Source: Carcharhinus amblyrhynchos (lineage: Eukaryota). Taken from it: a stretch of 64,000 nt of DNA. Positions 43,301-57,607 of the stretch are shown here, one piece after another (the first letter of the stretch is position 1; each line of letters begins with the position of its first letter). The notes beneath the pieces are model-generated. The model was not told where the DNA came from. It did no database searches and saw only the letters and a program-made list of their open reading frames with translations. The position numbers and the translations under genes are program-made. The stretch covers positions 66,154,001 to 66,218,000 of the forward strand of contig OZ336885.1 in NCBI GenBank assembly GCA_965287045.1, written 5' to 3'.

Positions 43301-46300
43301 TCAAAAAGTAGCTGGAACATAACTTATCCAACATGTGCCTAAGCTAGCTATTAAATAAATGTGCTATTTTAAACTAATTTGAAAACAATTAAAAAATATT
43401 GTGTGCGGTGTTTGCTTATATTGTCTTCAATAAGAATGGCATTCAAGGGAAGGTTTTTGCAAGATGCACCAGCATTATCACACCAATTTGCTACCACCGC
43501 ACATTATAAATTACCCCTAATATACACCAGTGTTATCGGACAACATTTTTTATGAAATTGGGTACATAATATGGAACCAGACTAAAGTTGCACTCAGAGC
43601 CTCCCCACAAAAGTTCACAAGGGAACAGACACAGACTAACAGGCAAGGACATGCTTTTGGAATGCAAATGAGGGCACAAAAAGGAACCGGACAGGATGAC
43701 ACCTACAGGAACTAAATTAAAAAGTACACCTCCATCCAACGAAATCAGCATCTCTGATCTAATCAAGCAACCCTCTTTGGAGACACCTAAATATTAGTAT
43801 AACTGAGGAAGCATCCCTGGCCCCACAAACTAGTCAAACACCGATTGTTCAAACCCCGGAGATTCTAAACCTTTAACAAACCCATCAGACAGAAACTATT
43901 AACACACATTTAAAAACATTTTTACAATACTTGAAGACATCAAAACAGGATGGTCAGAGTCGAATACTGTAAACAAAACATTAGCATTTGTACAATGTAT
44001 CAAGTTCAGGTATAACTGTAGCCCATTGCGGGGGGTCTTTAGAGTGGTTTCGGGACATTTCGGCTTGTATGTCCTGACTGCACCTCCGTCGACGTTAAAA
44101 TGAAGCTGTACCGCTGTTGAACCTGACCCTGAGTCCATAGTGGCCGTGTTCGCCCACTCGCGCTAACACCAGAATGTTTAAGTGTGCTTGCATAATCTGA
44201 CACTTTAGCGCAAGTCGAGCTGTAATTTTAAAATAATATGTAATTATTTCTCAACAAATTACTTTAATTGGGAAATGCCACAATATCTTTCTCAATCAAC
44301 GGTTTACCATTTACTCTTACCCAGTTGCCAAATACAACGCAAAAGAGAAAGGTAAGCGAATTTAAATGCAATTACATGACAACTGCATTTGCCTTTATGC
44401 AAAGCAATTAAAACAAAACTGAAACCATGGTTAATATGTTTGAACTGATGGTATTCACGGGGATTTTGATTTCCACGAAGAAAACAGAAATCGAGCATGC
44501 CAGTGCAATAATACATTGTGGAGCCAAATTGTGTGTTGGCATTCCTCGGCAAGTCTTTGTCAACGGGTTTTTCGATGCTATACTGGCCGTGTGTTGGGCC
44601 TTGTGTCAGAAAAACAACAGAAATAACAGGAATATTCAGAATATTTAGTCTCCCTACATGAGACGCGGATTAAATGCAGGTCTGAGAGAAGCCAGGTTAG
44701 CCAACTTCTGCAACATAAAGTTAAGCCGATGCTGAGATATTTTGTTATTTTCACTGTGACTGGAAATTCGAGATCAATGGTATGTAGCATGTTCACTAAA
44801 CGATTCCGAAGTTGTAGGCGTCCTGGCCCCGAATTCTCTGCATTCTCGATAACTGAATTTATACAAATCTGTGATTAATAGGTATGTTTGGAACAGTAAA
44901 AGGAAAACAAACCATATGTTGATCAAGTGGGAAAAGTTCGGATATAAGTCTATCCGATTGAGGAGAACGTTCGACGGACTGTTGTGTCAACTTTCTTTTT
45001 TCTACTTATTATAGGACAAAGCTATTAAATGACAAATTCTTAATTCTGAATGTAGGACTTTTGCTGATTAAAAGTTACGTTCTATTCTACATTTACGAAA
45101 TACTGGACCAAAAATACCACCACAAAATTTAACGCACATCCTCCAGAATTCCAAAATAAACCGATCTGCAAATGCACGCTATCTAACATTAAGTCAAAAC
45201 TGAAATGTAAGTATTGCTTCTGCAGCCAGGGCGTTGAGAGTGGTTAGACTGCGAAGGTTTCATCTATAAAAGAAAGATACAAAGAGAACTGACATGTTTT
45301 TAAAAAAGAAAGAATATTACACGCGGACAATGTACAAAAAAAAACTCAGCACATGAACAAGCTCTTCAGCATTCCAAGACTGCAACGACCATGCTGCCCA
45401 ACTAAATTAAAACCCCTTACTTCTTATGTTCTTTCCCTTGTAAGGTCCATATCCCACGATTTCCATCTTATTCGTCTACACCCCTTGGAAGTCACGAGCA
45501 TATCCGCTTGCACATCCACCCTCGGCAACGAGTTCCAAAGCATCCACCACTCTCTATGTAATAAAGATCTGCCTCGTACATCTCCTTTAAACTTTGTCCC
45601 TAGCAACTTAAACCTATGCCCCCTAGTAAGTGACGATTCCACCTTGGGAAAAAGCTTTTGATTATGCACTCTGTGCATGTCCCGTATAATCTTGCAGACT
45701 ACTATCAGGTAACCCCTCAACCTCCGTCACTCCAACGAGAACAAATCAAGTTTGCCCAACCTCTCCTCATAGCTAATGCCTCCATGCCAGACAATGCCCT
45801 GGTAAATATTTTCTGCACCCTCTCCAAAGCCTCTACATTCTCCTGGCAGTGTGGCAACCAGAATTGAACATTATAGTGCAAGTGCGGCCTAATGTAAAAT
45901 AGATATGAGCGAGTGGAAAGAGCCTGGGTGACGGACAAGCGGCAATGATTAAAACAAATGCAGGAAGTTTTGCATTATGGGCATTACTTTCTTTATTTGG
46001 ACCCATAGAAACAATAAAAGATAATGAATGTATAATTTACCCTCTACCCCTCAGCTAAAACTTTTTTTTGTTGAACGCAATGCTCAGGAAACTTATAGAC
46101 GGCGTTTAATTTTGAGCTCACATTTGCTGAAAATTTTACTTGCAATTTAAATTTAATTATTTTCCCTTGGGATTAGTAAGTCACTGGCTTGGCCACAACG
46201 TGTTTCGCCACTCTAATTGTCCTTGGAAAAACTTCTTGTGGGCGTCATCCTTGAAGTGCCGTAGGCTAATTGATGTAAGAATACCTACAGTGCAAATTGG

Positions 46301-49300
46301 ACAGGAGTAGCAATGCGACTTTGACTAACGACAACGAGGGGACTTGAGATAATTTCAAATTCCAATGGTGTTTGTCTTCGAGTGGGACTTATACCTAGTG
46401 GAATCAAACTATATCAATTGCCATTGCCGTTATCTGTCATACTGGGTTCCGACTAACCCTGTCGAAGGACACTTTATAAGGTCCAGCCGTGCATTTTGTC
46501 GATGGTATACATTGATAATACTGCATCAATAATAGAGGGGGTATGTGGTCAATATATTCCGGGTAGCGTCAAAGACATTCGCTGGTTCTTTTTTTCCTTG
46601 ATGTTGTTAAGATCTCCTATGTTGTAACTGAACACCGCATGTCTATGTTATGAGGAATTGTCGATCATCCCGAAGTTGAAAGTGCAGAGAAATGCAGCAG
46701 GCCCGCATCAAAAAAAATGCAAACTTCATCACATCCTATGCTATGTCAACATCAATTGCTTGCGGATTTGCTTGGATCCACATAGATTTGTAACGACGCC
46801 AATACTATTAAATTAGTCACATAAGCAACTGATTTGGAAAAGGAAGTTGCTGTTCCAATGCAGACTCTCAACTAACTGTGCGTTTAATTTACCTGCAAAT
46901 AATGTATATTTAATTGCACCAAATAGTCATGTTACCAAAGATCAACAGTACTGGTCAGGCTACATCTGGAACAGTGTTTTGCGTTCTAAGCAACGTGAGA
47001 GGAATCGGAAGATATTTAGTTGTTGCAGGACTCCAAGCCTTCTGCCGACTTATGTGTATAGCAGTCCAGTTGTGCTTCTGGTCAAAAAAAAGGCCAAGTA
47101 CGTGTACAGGGGAGGAACAGTTTGATTAACGATGGCAATGTGATTGAATGACAGGAGACGATTGTTAGACCCCCATTATTAGAGATGGTCATCGCCACAC
47201 ACTTTTTTCGTATGCTGTCTTCCATTGTCGGCCCAAGTCTCTATATTGTCCATGTTATGTTGCATTTGGACATGTGTGGCTTCAGTAACTGAGGAGTCAC
47301 AAATTATGCAGAACATTGTTAAGTCTTCAGGAACACTCCATTTTTGACGTTTTGCTCTAGGGATACCACTTAGGAAGTAGCTGGTGATGATTTGGGCCTA
47401 CAAAATCTTTTGGCACAAAAATGTCTAACCATTCAACTTGTTCGGTTTCAGAACTATTTGCGTGTACAAGTCTTTTGGAGGATGCAGGTGAATAATAATA
47501 TTTTCACGATTTTGCAGTTAGAAAAGCTGAGCTGTCGTAGAACTACAATGCATATATGAACGTATTCGTCCAATTAAAATGTATAGATCCTCGGGCAAGA
47601 ATTTAATTCTACCAGCACGGCTTTATACATGACCTATGATTCCCCCCCCCCCCCCCCCCGCCATTTGGTCTTAATGTCTAAATGTATTATACACATGAAT
47701 ATTAAAGCGCTGGATTTTCCGCGGCCTATGATTCTCATCCAGTCAATGTGACTTGATCAGCAACAAAACTAATATACAAATCTGTTGCTCTATGTTTGAC
47801 GTTTTGTGAAGCAACATAAATTACACAATCCTTCATGGCAAAGGCAATAATAACATGCATAAAGCCTTGTAAATGGAAACATTTGAATGACTATTTAATA
47901 ATGGATCCCATAGATAAAAAAAACAACATGTACATTGATCTCATAAAAAATTGATTTGTTCTGTTTCTTTATTCACACAATTACAGAAAGAAAAGTAAAG
48001 TCAGTGCAGAAAGGTGATGCTGCCCTATTACAAAACAACAGAACCGAAGTCTAGCTTCATCTTCTTCAGTGACTTTAGTTACTATGTTATTACTTTAACA
48101 ATTACCTTATTGTGAATGCTAGGAATTACATCAAGAGAAACATCCAAGGATCGGGCTTGACCTCTTGGAGCGAGAGATGATGCTTGTTCTTTTGAAATAA
48201 GGAAAAACGAGATAACCGGAAACGCCAACATTTCATACTGAAAAAAAAACTACCCCAGCAGTTTTTATATAATGGAGCAAATTCAAGCCATTACTGCGCA
48301 TTCTCTCTGAAGTTGTTTTTTAACATGAACTCCTGATCATTTTTTTTTCACAGAAAATGAAAAATATCAAGAAAAGTGCCGTAAGTAATGGAGCATCACA
48401 GAGTTCAAGACATTACTCAATCATTCTTTACATCAGAAATTCCTTCAAGATTTACCACTTCTACGTGTTAAGGCATTGACAACACATGTGAAAACCAGAA
48501 GTGTGATGACAGTGACGGTCCATAATCGACATTTATTAAGGTTACGGTCAACATGAAAATGGAAATCTGTGAGGGGGGAGGAGGAGGAGGGGGCGAAGTG
48601 TGGGTGGATTTGGGGATCTCTACTTGGTTGAAAGGTCACTATAACGAGAGAAACTGTTCATTGTTCCTGGAGGCCAGTTGTCCTTTACAAATGCAGCCCA
48701 CCTTCAGGCTAGATATACTTAAGGAAGGATGTTCTGGCATTGGGAAAGATCCAAAGGAAGTTCACAAGAATGATACCTGGAATGAATCGTTCGTCGTATG
48801 AGGAGCGGTTGAGGTCTCTGGGCCTGTGCTCTCGAGAGTTTAGGAAGATGGCGGGGTGGCGGTGCCTTATTGAAACTTGCAGGATACTACAAGGACTGGA
48901 TAGAGTGGACGTAGAGAAGACGTATCCGTTGGTAGGCAAAAATAGAATCAGTGGACACAACCTGAGACCAAAGAGACGATCATTTTAAACAGAGATAAGG
49001 GGGAATTTCGTCAATCAGAGAATGGTGAACCTATGGAAATGCTTGCCACAGGAAGGTTGTGGAGGCCAGGCATTGAAAGTCTTTAAGTAGGAGATAGATA
49101 GGTTTATGATTAATAAGGCGAAGAGTGATTATGGGGAAAAGCAGGAGAATGGGGATGGGAAAAATATCAGGCATGATTGAATGGCGGAACAGGCTCATTG
49201 GGCCGAGTGGCCTAGTTCTGCTCCTATGTCTTATGCTCTTATGATCTTAATATTGGGCTGAAAAAAGCGTCACAAATTGCACCACTAACTTTCCGTTCAA

Positions 49301-52300
49301 CATAACGTAAAAAATAGGTCTTCACTGTTCTCATTGTTTCATTTGAACCTGTTAACAATTCCTTGGAAAATTGTGCTGCTTGCACTTTCATGCAACAAAA
49401 CATGCATGCATACTAAGTTTGTCCTCCAAATGGGAGTTTGTCTTTCGAACCAAAACGCTGACAAGATATGATGATTTCCAATAAGAGAACACTTAACCAC
49501 AATCCAGGAGACTCAAGTTTACTTTAATCGTTGAATCTCACATCAGTTTAAGTAGGATGATTACCACACGTATCATTTTACTGACTGAACGTTTCTAAGT
49601 AATCCGGAAACGAAAGCTGACCAGAAACTCTAAATTGTTTAACGGGCTAACTCTACCACTCTCCCAATCATACCGTGGAACAAAATGTATGGTTGAAGTC
49701 ATAGCTACGATTGAATTGTTTCAAGTTACGAGATTCAGAGGAACTGTGAGAATGCATTGACAGCTCTACTTCATCAAGACGACTTAAAAAATTGTATTTG
49801 CAACGTTAAATAAAATTAAATTAAACACCAAACGCAACAGATATAGTACATAAAATGGAAACCATCTAAGGAATTCATTGCCACACCTGGCTAATCAAAT
49901 ACCAAGGGAACTGCCAAGGATACTAGTTCAGCCATCCACAGTAACAAATATATCAAATATATGTCGACAGCATTCCTGAAAATTTCCAATCAAAATCATA
50001 TGGTATGTTTTCCGCACCCCCCCCCCCCCCACCCCCCGCCCCGCCGCCTTCTATGGCGTATGAATGACGGTTGCAGAAACAACATATATTTTGTCATCAA
50101 GAATTACTCTTAACTTGAGAGGCTTGCTAGGCCATTTCAGAAGGCAGTAACGAGTTAACCATGTTGCGATTGCCCTTAGTCAGTAGCGCAGGCCAGGTGC
50201 CTGTTTTCCTGGTCTAGGGTAAATAAGTAAAATATGTTTGTTTACAACAATCAATCATGGTTAGCAGTAGAGAGAATGGCATTTCAATTCACTCCAATTT
50301 ACTTGACGTTATACCCCACCAGCTGACCCGCCAAGTCTGATTTCACATCCACGGACCAGTCGACTGGTCTATCTAGGTTTCTGCTCCAGTGTTTTTATCA
50401 CAATTGTCCCCGCCGCATATTGGAAATATACAATTATTAAGGAGAAAAGCGGAGTCGAATGCCCAAACTTAAAGCCTGTTTGTACGCGAACCTTGCGGCT
50501 GGCAATGATGCGTCGGGATATGTTCCAGGAAAAGGCAAAAGTCCTGCTGAAATTCTATTTGACGGTATAACTCTCAGGGACGTCTGCAGGTATTGCCATC
50601 ACGGGATCTGGAGGCATAATTTGAGTTATATATCTGTTGCCTGATGCTCCGTCCACTGGCAGATCATAGCCAACTGCCACACATGCGATCAGTTTCAGAA
50701 GCAAAACTGCATTCGATTATGTACTGTCATGAGAAAAATAAAGTTAACTAAACTGTGGCTGCTTTCAAAAAGACACAACTTCCACTGCAGCATGAAGAAT
50801 CAACCGCCCAGCTCAGGCTGCCACACGGGCATCATAGAAGACAATATCGTTGAAGACACAACACGTTTTTCTTAACAATGAGAACTAATTTAAGACAGAT
50901 CACCTAGTTTCAAAGCCTTAAATGAGTGCAAGGTTGGATATTACTAAATGGGGAAAATAAAGGATGTGATAAATTGATGAGTGCAGAATGAAGGGATGGA
51001 TAGTATGATTTGGCAGGTAAGATATGAACGCAGCTGTGTGGTGTGAGTAAGATAAAACGGAAGGGTTATAAGGTTTGCTAGTGTTGTCCAAACCTCTGTG
51101 TTTTCATCTCTGTAGCGAATAAAGAGACAAATTCGACTTCATATACTTAAACACGAGGTATTTTGTTCTGTAGCTATGGAAACAACAGGAAATTCTTGCA
51201 ATCGGTAAACTAAATAGTCACGATCTGTTTGTTTTTATGTTTGGTTTCCACTCCCAATTTAAATCTGCCCGGGATTCAGTTGTCACATGGAATTCAATGC
51301 ATTATTCTCTTCTTCCGGATGCTGTTTCTCGTTGTGTCATTGGTTACCGGGTTCTTCATACTGACTTTCTGAACAAGCTCTTTTTGTTAGCAGATGCAAA
51401 AGACCAACATTCCCTTGGTAACCAGCCGATGAATTCATCGGAATCGCAATTGCATCGTTCGATTAGACAATCAACTACAATCAGAAAAGTATCATCCCTC
51501 ACTCCAGACCTCATCATCCCAAGTCCAATTAAGTGCATATAGCACAGATAAGGAGAACTGGCTCCCAGAAGTCTGGTACCAGTCAAGTCAGCTTGGTGGT
51601 GTTCGACAGGTTTTGTCACTAATGGAAGGGTTTGGACAGTCGGTTTGTCAGAACATTTTGATTGGCAATAATTCTCAATAATACAGCAGTTGATCTTCAT
51701 GGCCCGTTTTGCTCGTGTTGCAAGGTCTCACAGTCAGTAACAAAACGGCGTCCCCCCTTCGATTCCGCAATGTTTGATGTAGGTCGTTTATTCCCAAACG
51801 TTACAATGCTGGATGATGAAAAGTTTGAAGTTGATTCATTCGTGTCACAAGTAGACTTACGTTCACATTGCATTGAACTTCCTGTAAAAACCCCCTGTCG
51901 CCAATCTTCAACGTCTGCTCGGGTAGACTCCGGGACAATTTAACACGGCCAAATTACCTAACCATCACGCCTTTCGGACTGTGGGAGGAAACAGGGTCAC
52001 TCGGAGGAAACCCATGCAGAGATGGGGAGAACGTATACACTCCGAGCATGCAACGATCCAAGCCGGGAACCGTAGCCAAGTTCTCTGGCGCTTTTGATAT
52101 CCATTGTCAAAGACAAGTGCCTGGCAGTCTCATTCAGAGAGTTCTAAAATATGTTGCAATTCGTCGCTGCACAAAGATATTGGTTCGCTAGGCAGTGGGT
52201 CTTTTATCTCTTCTTTAGGTGAAAGTGACGCGGATAACCTGATGGAATCACGCGACGGAACTAGACGCATTTCTTGCTCGCTGTCTTGGATTTACGTGGA

Positions 52301-55300
52301 TCAATACGTCGGAGCCATGACTCAGGATGAGCTGAGCGAAAAACTTTCAAGTGATACGTATAGAAAAAAAAAGAACTACTCAGGCAATGACGAATGCCAA
52401 ATAATTATATACTTCGCCAGTAACTAGCAAATTTCAATAACTTATGGGGAAAACTGGGTCAGAATAATTATAACGTCCCGTGTTGTATTGCGTTTACACC
52501 ACAATAGCTCTCATTCTCTATTTTCTTGCAGAAAATGAACTCAATCAAAAAGCTGCTGGTAAAATGTATATTTATCTTCACATACATTTTTCGCATTGGT
52601 TGAGAACTCTCTGGTCCAGTCCTTCGTGATTGCACCAAAAGTGTTTTAATCAAGTGTGTGCGCTGACGTAGATGTAGCCGCCTGATCGGAATGACAAGAT
52701 GCTGGTTCCTCCTTCATAAGAACATAAGAAATAGGAGCAGGAGTAGGCCATCTAGCCCTTCGAACCTGCCCCGCCATTGAATAAGATCATTGCTGAACTG
52801 AAGTGGATCAGCTCCCCTTTCCCTCTTTCTCCCCATGACCCTTAATTCCCTTGTCTATCAGAAATCTATCTAACCGTGACTTAAATATATTCAACAAGGC
52901 AACCTCCACCACTTCAATGTGCAGAGAATTCCAGAGATTCACCACTCTTTGAGTGAAGAAATTCCTCCTCAACTGCGTTCTAAACTGCGCCCCCCTCCCC
53001 CTCCCCTCTTATTTTGAGGATGTGCCCTCTATTTCTGTTTTCCTTTCTAAACCGGAAGAATCTCTCTACCTCAACTCTATCTAGCCCCTTCATTATTTTA
53101 TAAGTCTCTATAAGATCCCCACTCAGCCTTCTAAACTCTAACGAGCACAGGCCCAGTATATTCAATCTCTGTTCATAAGCTAACCCCCTTATCTCCGGTA
53201 TTAGCCTGGTGAACCTTCTATGTACTCCATCCAAGGACAATATATCCTTTCGCAAATACGGGGACAAGAATTGCTCACAGTACTCCGGTTGCGGCCTCTC
53301 CAGTGCTCTGCACTTCTGCAGCAAGACCTCCCTGTTTTTATATTCTATGCCCCTCGCTATAAAGGCCAACATTCTATTCGCCTTCTTGATCACCTGCTGC
53401 ACCTGCAGACTGAGATTTTGCAATTCGTGCACAAGGGCCCCCAAGTCCCTCTGCACTGTAGCATGCTGCAGCTTTTTCAATCTTTAAATAATAATCCCTC
53501 CTACTATTCTTTCTACCAAAATGGATAACCTTACATGTGCTAATGTTATACTCCATCTGCCAGGTCCTCACTCACTCACTATCGAGATCTCTCTGCAGAC
53601 TTTCTGTGCCCTCCACACAATTCGCTTTTTCACTCATCTTTGTGTCATCAGCAAATATTGTTACCCTACACTCAGCCCCCTCCTCAAGATCGTCTATGTA
53701 AATGGCAAACAGTTGAGGCCCCAGCACCGATCCCTGTGGCACTCCACTAGTCACCAACTGCCAACCAGAAAAGCACCCATTGATTCCAACTCTCTGCTTC
53801 CTGTTAGATAACCAATCCTCAATGCAGGCTCACACTTTATCCCCAACTCCATGTACCCGAACCTTCTGCAGCAACCTTTTGTGAGGCACCTTATCGAACG
53901 CCTTCTGGAAATCTAAAAACAGCACATCCACCGGTTCTCCTCTATCTACCGCACTAGTCGCATTTTCATAGAAATCCAATAAATTCGTTAAACACGACTT
54001 TCCCTTCACAAATTCATGCTGTGTCTAGTTGACCAAACCGTTCTTTTCTAGGTGTCTTGCTATTCCTTCTTTGATGATGGATTCTAGCATTTTCCCAACC
54101 ATGGACTTTAACCTAACTGGCCTATAATTCCCTGCCTTTTGTCTGCTACCTTTTTTTAAACAGCGGCGTAACATTTGCAATTTTCCAATCCTCCTGCAAC
54201 TTGGGTGCCGGACGAGATTCAGGTGGAGTATTACTGCAAGTAAATTTCGGAGCCATGACAAGGGATGAGACATGACTTGTCTTCCCACAGCAGCAACCTG
54301 TGTGCAATCTGCTTTCGGCCTGCCATAGTTAGCAGTTAAGGGGGGATGCACCACGGTCAAATATTTGTCATCTCACATGAAAACAATTCACAGCGCGCAT
54401 CATTTTTCATCTCTTATTACTGTTATTTACCACACTATTACAATTAATAGCAATATGATTTGTTCAATTTTTATTCCGATTACAGCTAGTCATGCAACAT
54501 CACTAAAACGGAATTTCCAGAATATAATTAACAACAAGTCACCGGAGCATGTGGCAAGCAAAATATTTGCTTTATTTCCAACACGACAAGAATAATTAAA
54601 CGTCGCATTGTGGCCGAAATGCTTTGGAGTTTTGAAATCCTCGAATTGGTTGAATGATTACTGACTTTTACCGTCAAATTTAAGTTGGAAGTATCAAAAT
54701 TGATGGTACTGAGCAGCACTGTCGTTTCAAATCACGATGTGGCTCAAGGAGAATTCAAATGAAATGGGATGGGAGAAACGTATTTTTCCGTATGTTTTGT
54801 TTCAGAAATAGAACAGCTGAATAATAAATTGAATGAATTCGGTAAGCAAGATATCCAATGCTGTTCTACCCCAATTTGCTGTTACGATACCCTGAGTAAC
54901 AGATTTAAAAAACATTCGTAATCGTCAGTGACCCAATTTAGATGAACTTGGCGTTGTTAAATGTGGCATTGAACCTTAATTACTGCAATAAATTTGAAAT
55001 ACATTTTCCACTTGATATGATTATTGGAGTGGGGATTTTTGAGATGTATAAAATGGTCAGGGATATGAAATGATTCGGTTTGACCGTTTATTTGAGAGAA
55101 TGTAGAGCTAGCGTCACTGTTGAAAATTAACAACGTGTCCATTTAAGACAGTGGCTCAATTTGCAATGAGCCTTTGCATCTCTCTCCCTGAAAAACAAAA
55201 ACCGTCGAAGCACAGTATTTGGCTACTTTGGATGCAGAAATTGACTTTTTTTGGCTCGGTTTGGAATATGGACTTGAATTTCCGATTAGCGCAGACTTAT

Positions 55301-57574
55301 TATTGAAAAGCGAAGCAGGCTCCAGGGGCCGAGTAGAAAATGCATATTTGTACGCACCTTTTTATGTGCATTTAAACAAAATAGACACCACTAAAATTCA
55401 GCGCACTGATTTGTCTGCAGTAAGTTTGATCTTCCGTATTTTCAAATGTTCCCTAAAGTAGCACTGTAAGTTGCGAATTGGTTTTATAAGGTGTAATAAG
55501 CCATTGAAACGCAAGTGCACATCCCCTCTCCCTTACAAAAAATACATGCCACCTCGAAAACTAAGAGATATGGAATAATGTGGACGCATTTAAATCTGCT
55601 ACATTTCATATTCAAGCTCGTGTTGCAATCAAACGGACAGTTGTATTGAACTTATCCATGGAAGGAAGAGTAATTGTATTGTCTCTTAGGAATAATGCAT
55701 TTTTCGCCAATGACATCTATGTCTGAAGAAACACCTCTCAGTATAAGTTGCGACTGCAGTGTTGTAAACCAACAACCATCAAAGAGAATTGCTTTGGTAA
55801 ATTTAAATCGTGATCAATGCAGCGGACCGATACTATGGAAATAAATGATTTACATGTTCTTTGAAAAGTATCATATTTTTGTCATTGGCAGTCAAAACAA
55901 TGAAGGGTAAGTCAGTGTCTGCTGCGACAACTAATATTCTGATCTGTAGAAAACACACTGACATTTTCATTGATCTTCTCGTTAATATCACGTTAAATTT
56001 GTAATTCTTGCCATACAAATCGATTGCGTTTATGTACTGCTGTCACGGCATTTAAACCTGAATCCCCGAGGAAACTCTGTTCGTCAAACTGTTATTTTAA
56101 TCGCAAAACTCATTCATCACAGAAGTTACAGTGAGCTTTAAACTGCTCAAAATATAAACGGTGGAATGGTTTCAATAAAACTATTCGTTCTTTTATGACT
56201 TTCCAAATACATTTCCAAAACACACATTTTTCTTGAAAATTTTGATTCTCTGCCCTTATGCCTCAGAATGTTTAATTGGCTAATCGGTGCTGTGAGCAGC
56301 CTTAGGAGGATGTATTATGTTAATATTCGTGCGCAATTGCAAACACTGTTTTACTTTACACCAAAGACGCACAGCAGTACTGTATAATCCACAGACTGCT
56401 GGTTGGAAGACCAAGATGCGCTGTTACTCGAAATTTCTCTCAATTTAGTCTAAGGTGCGACCTCACATAACACCGAAAAGGAAAATACAGGGAATATGCA
56501 CGAAATAAGCAACATTCTAATCGCGATATCTCCAAAATTGGTTTCCTGATTTTCGTTTAGAGAGTGGGAATTGCTGGTAAGCCAGCATTTCCCCTTGATT
56601 CCTCATTAACCTTGAGAACGTCCTGGTGAACAAATATCAAAAGTCGTGTATTTTACGTCTGCAAGTGAATACGCGGTGCTGATAGAGAAATATGTCTGCG
56701 TTTCTGACCTAATCACCGTGCAACAGTAGCAAGCCATTAATAATGAGTGGTTTGAATTACAACATTATCCCGACGGCCCTATATTTACGAGCGGCTGGTC
56801 TTTTCACAAAGAGGGAGACGCACCAGTGGGTCAATCTGAACGTTTGCAATGCAATACAGAAATACATCTTCCATTTAGGACGCAGTCCTTAGACGTCGTT
56901 TACCTATCAATAATGCTCTGATCTTCTGCTAAGCTCATATGCATCGACTAATGAGGTGGAACTCCAGTGCATATGTCTGTTGTCCACCTTCACTCTATGC
57001 GTAAATCGCCCTTGTTTCGAAGGTGACGTTTTGCACATTGCTGGATTTCGTTAACAGGATTGTACAGGCTTTTATCACAGTCCAACGCTGATGAAACATT
57101 CGAATTTTGAGCTGATAGTTGTGATATCAGTAAGACGCCTTGCCCGGAATACTATGATACAGTGATTCTGAGACTGGATCTTTCAGGCAAGTGGAATATA
57201 TTTCATGCTACTCCTGACCGATATTCGCCATATGATGGACAGGCTCTTAGATGTCAGAACGTGCAATACTTGCAAGTGAGATCACAAATCAATACGTCTG
57301 ACTGGAGATGCACGCTTCCGAATTGTAATTTGGAACTTACCTCGAATTCGCACGATGATTTTACTCATTTGAGCATCAGGGCAAATGCAAGAATGCAACC
57401 TTTCAAAGGGAGTAGCGTTAGACGCTGCTTGATTGCAAGTTTCATGGCTCTTGGTAAGCAGACTCTGATGGAATGAGGTGTTGAAATGAATAGCATCCAA
57501 GAAAAAAAACCCTCCTCGAATTTCGTCAATATGATTACCCCCACCCCCACCGACCCCCCACCCCCACCCCACCC

Positions 57575-57607
<33 letters not shown>

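Noticed and set aside
51391-51417. 27-nt AG..GT segment reading (P)DAKDQHSL
   Set aside because: Lacks the B consensus (hydrophobic at 4, Lys at 7); 52532-52558 fits much better; overlaps a possible transposon remnant
51356-51700. Minus-strand ORF with integrase-like C..QTLPLVTKPVEHHQADLTG..FLIVVD
   Set aside because: Resemblance too weak to call without an HMM search; at most a decayed LTR-retrotransposon fragment
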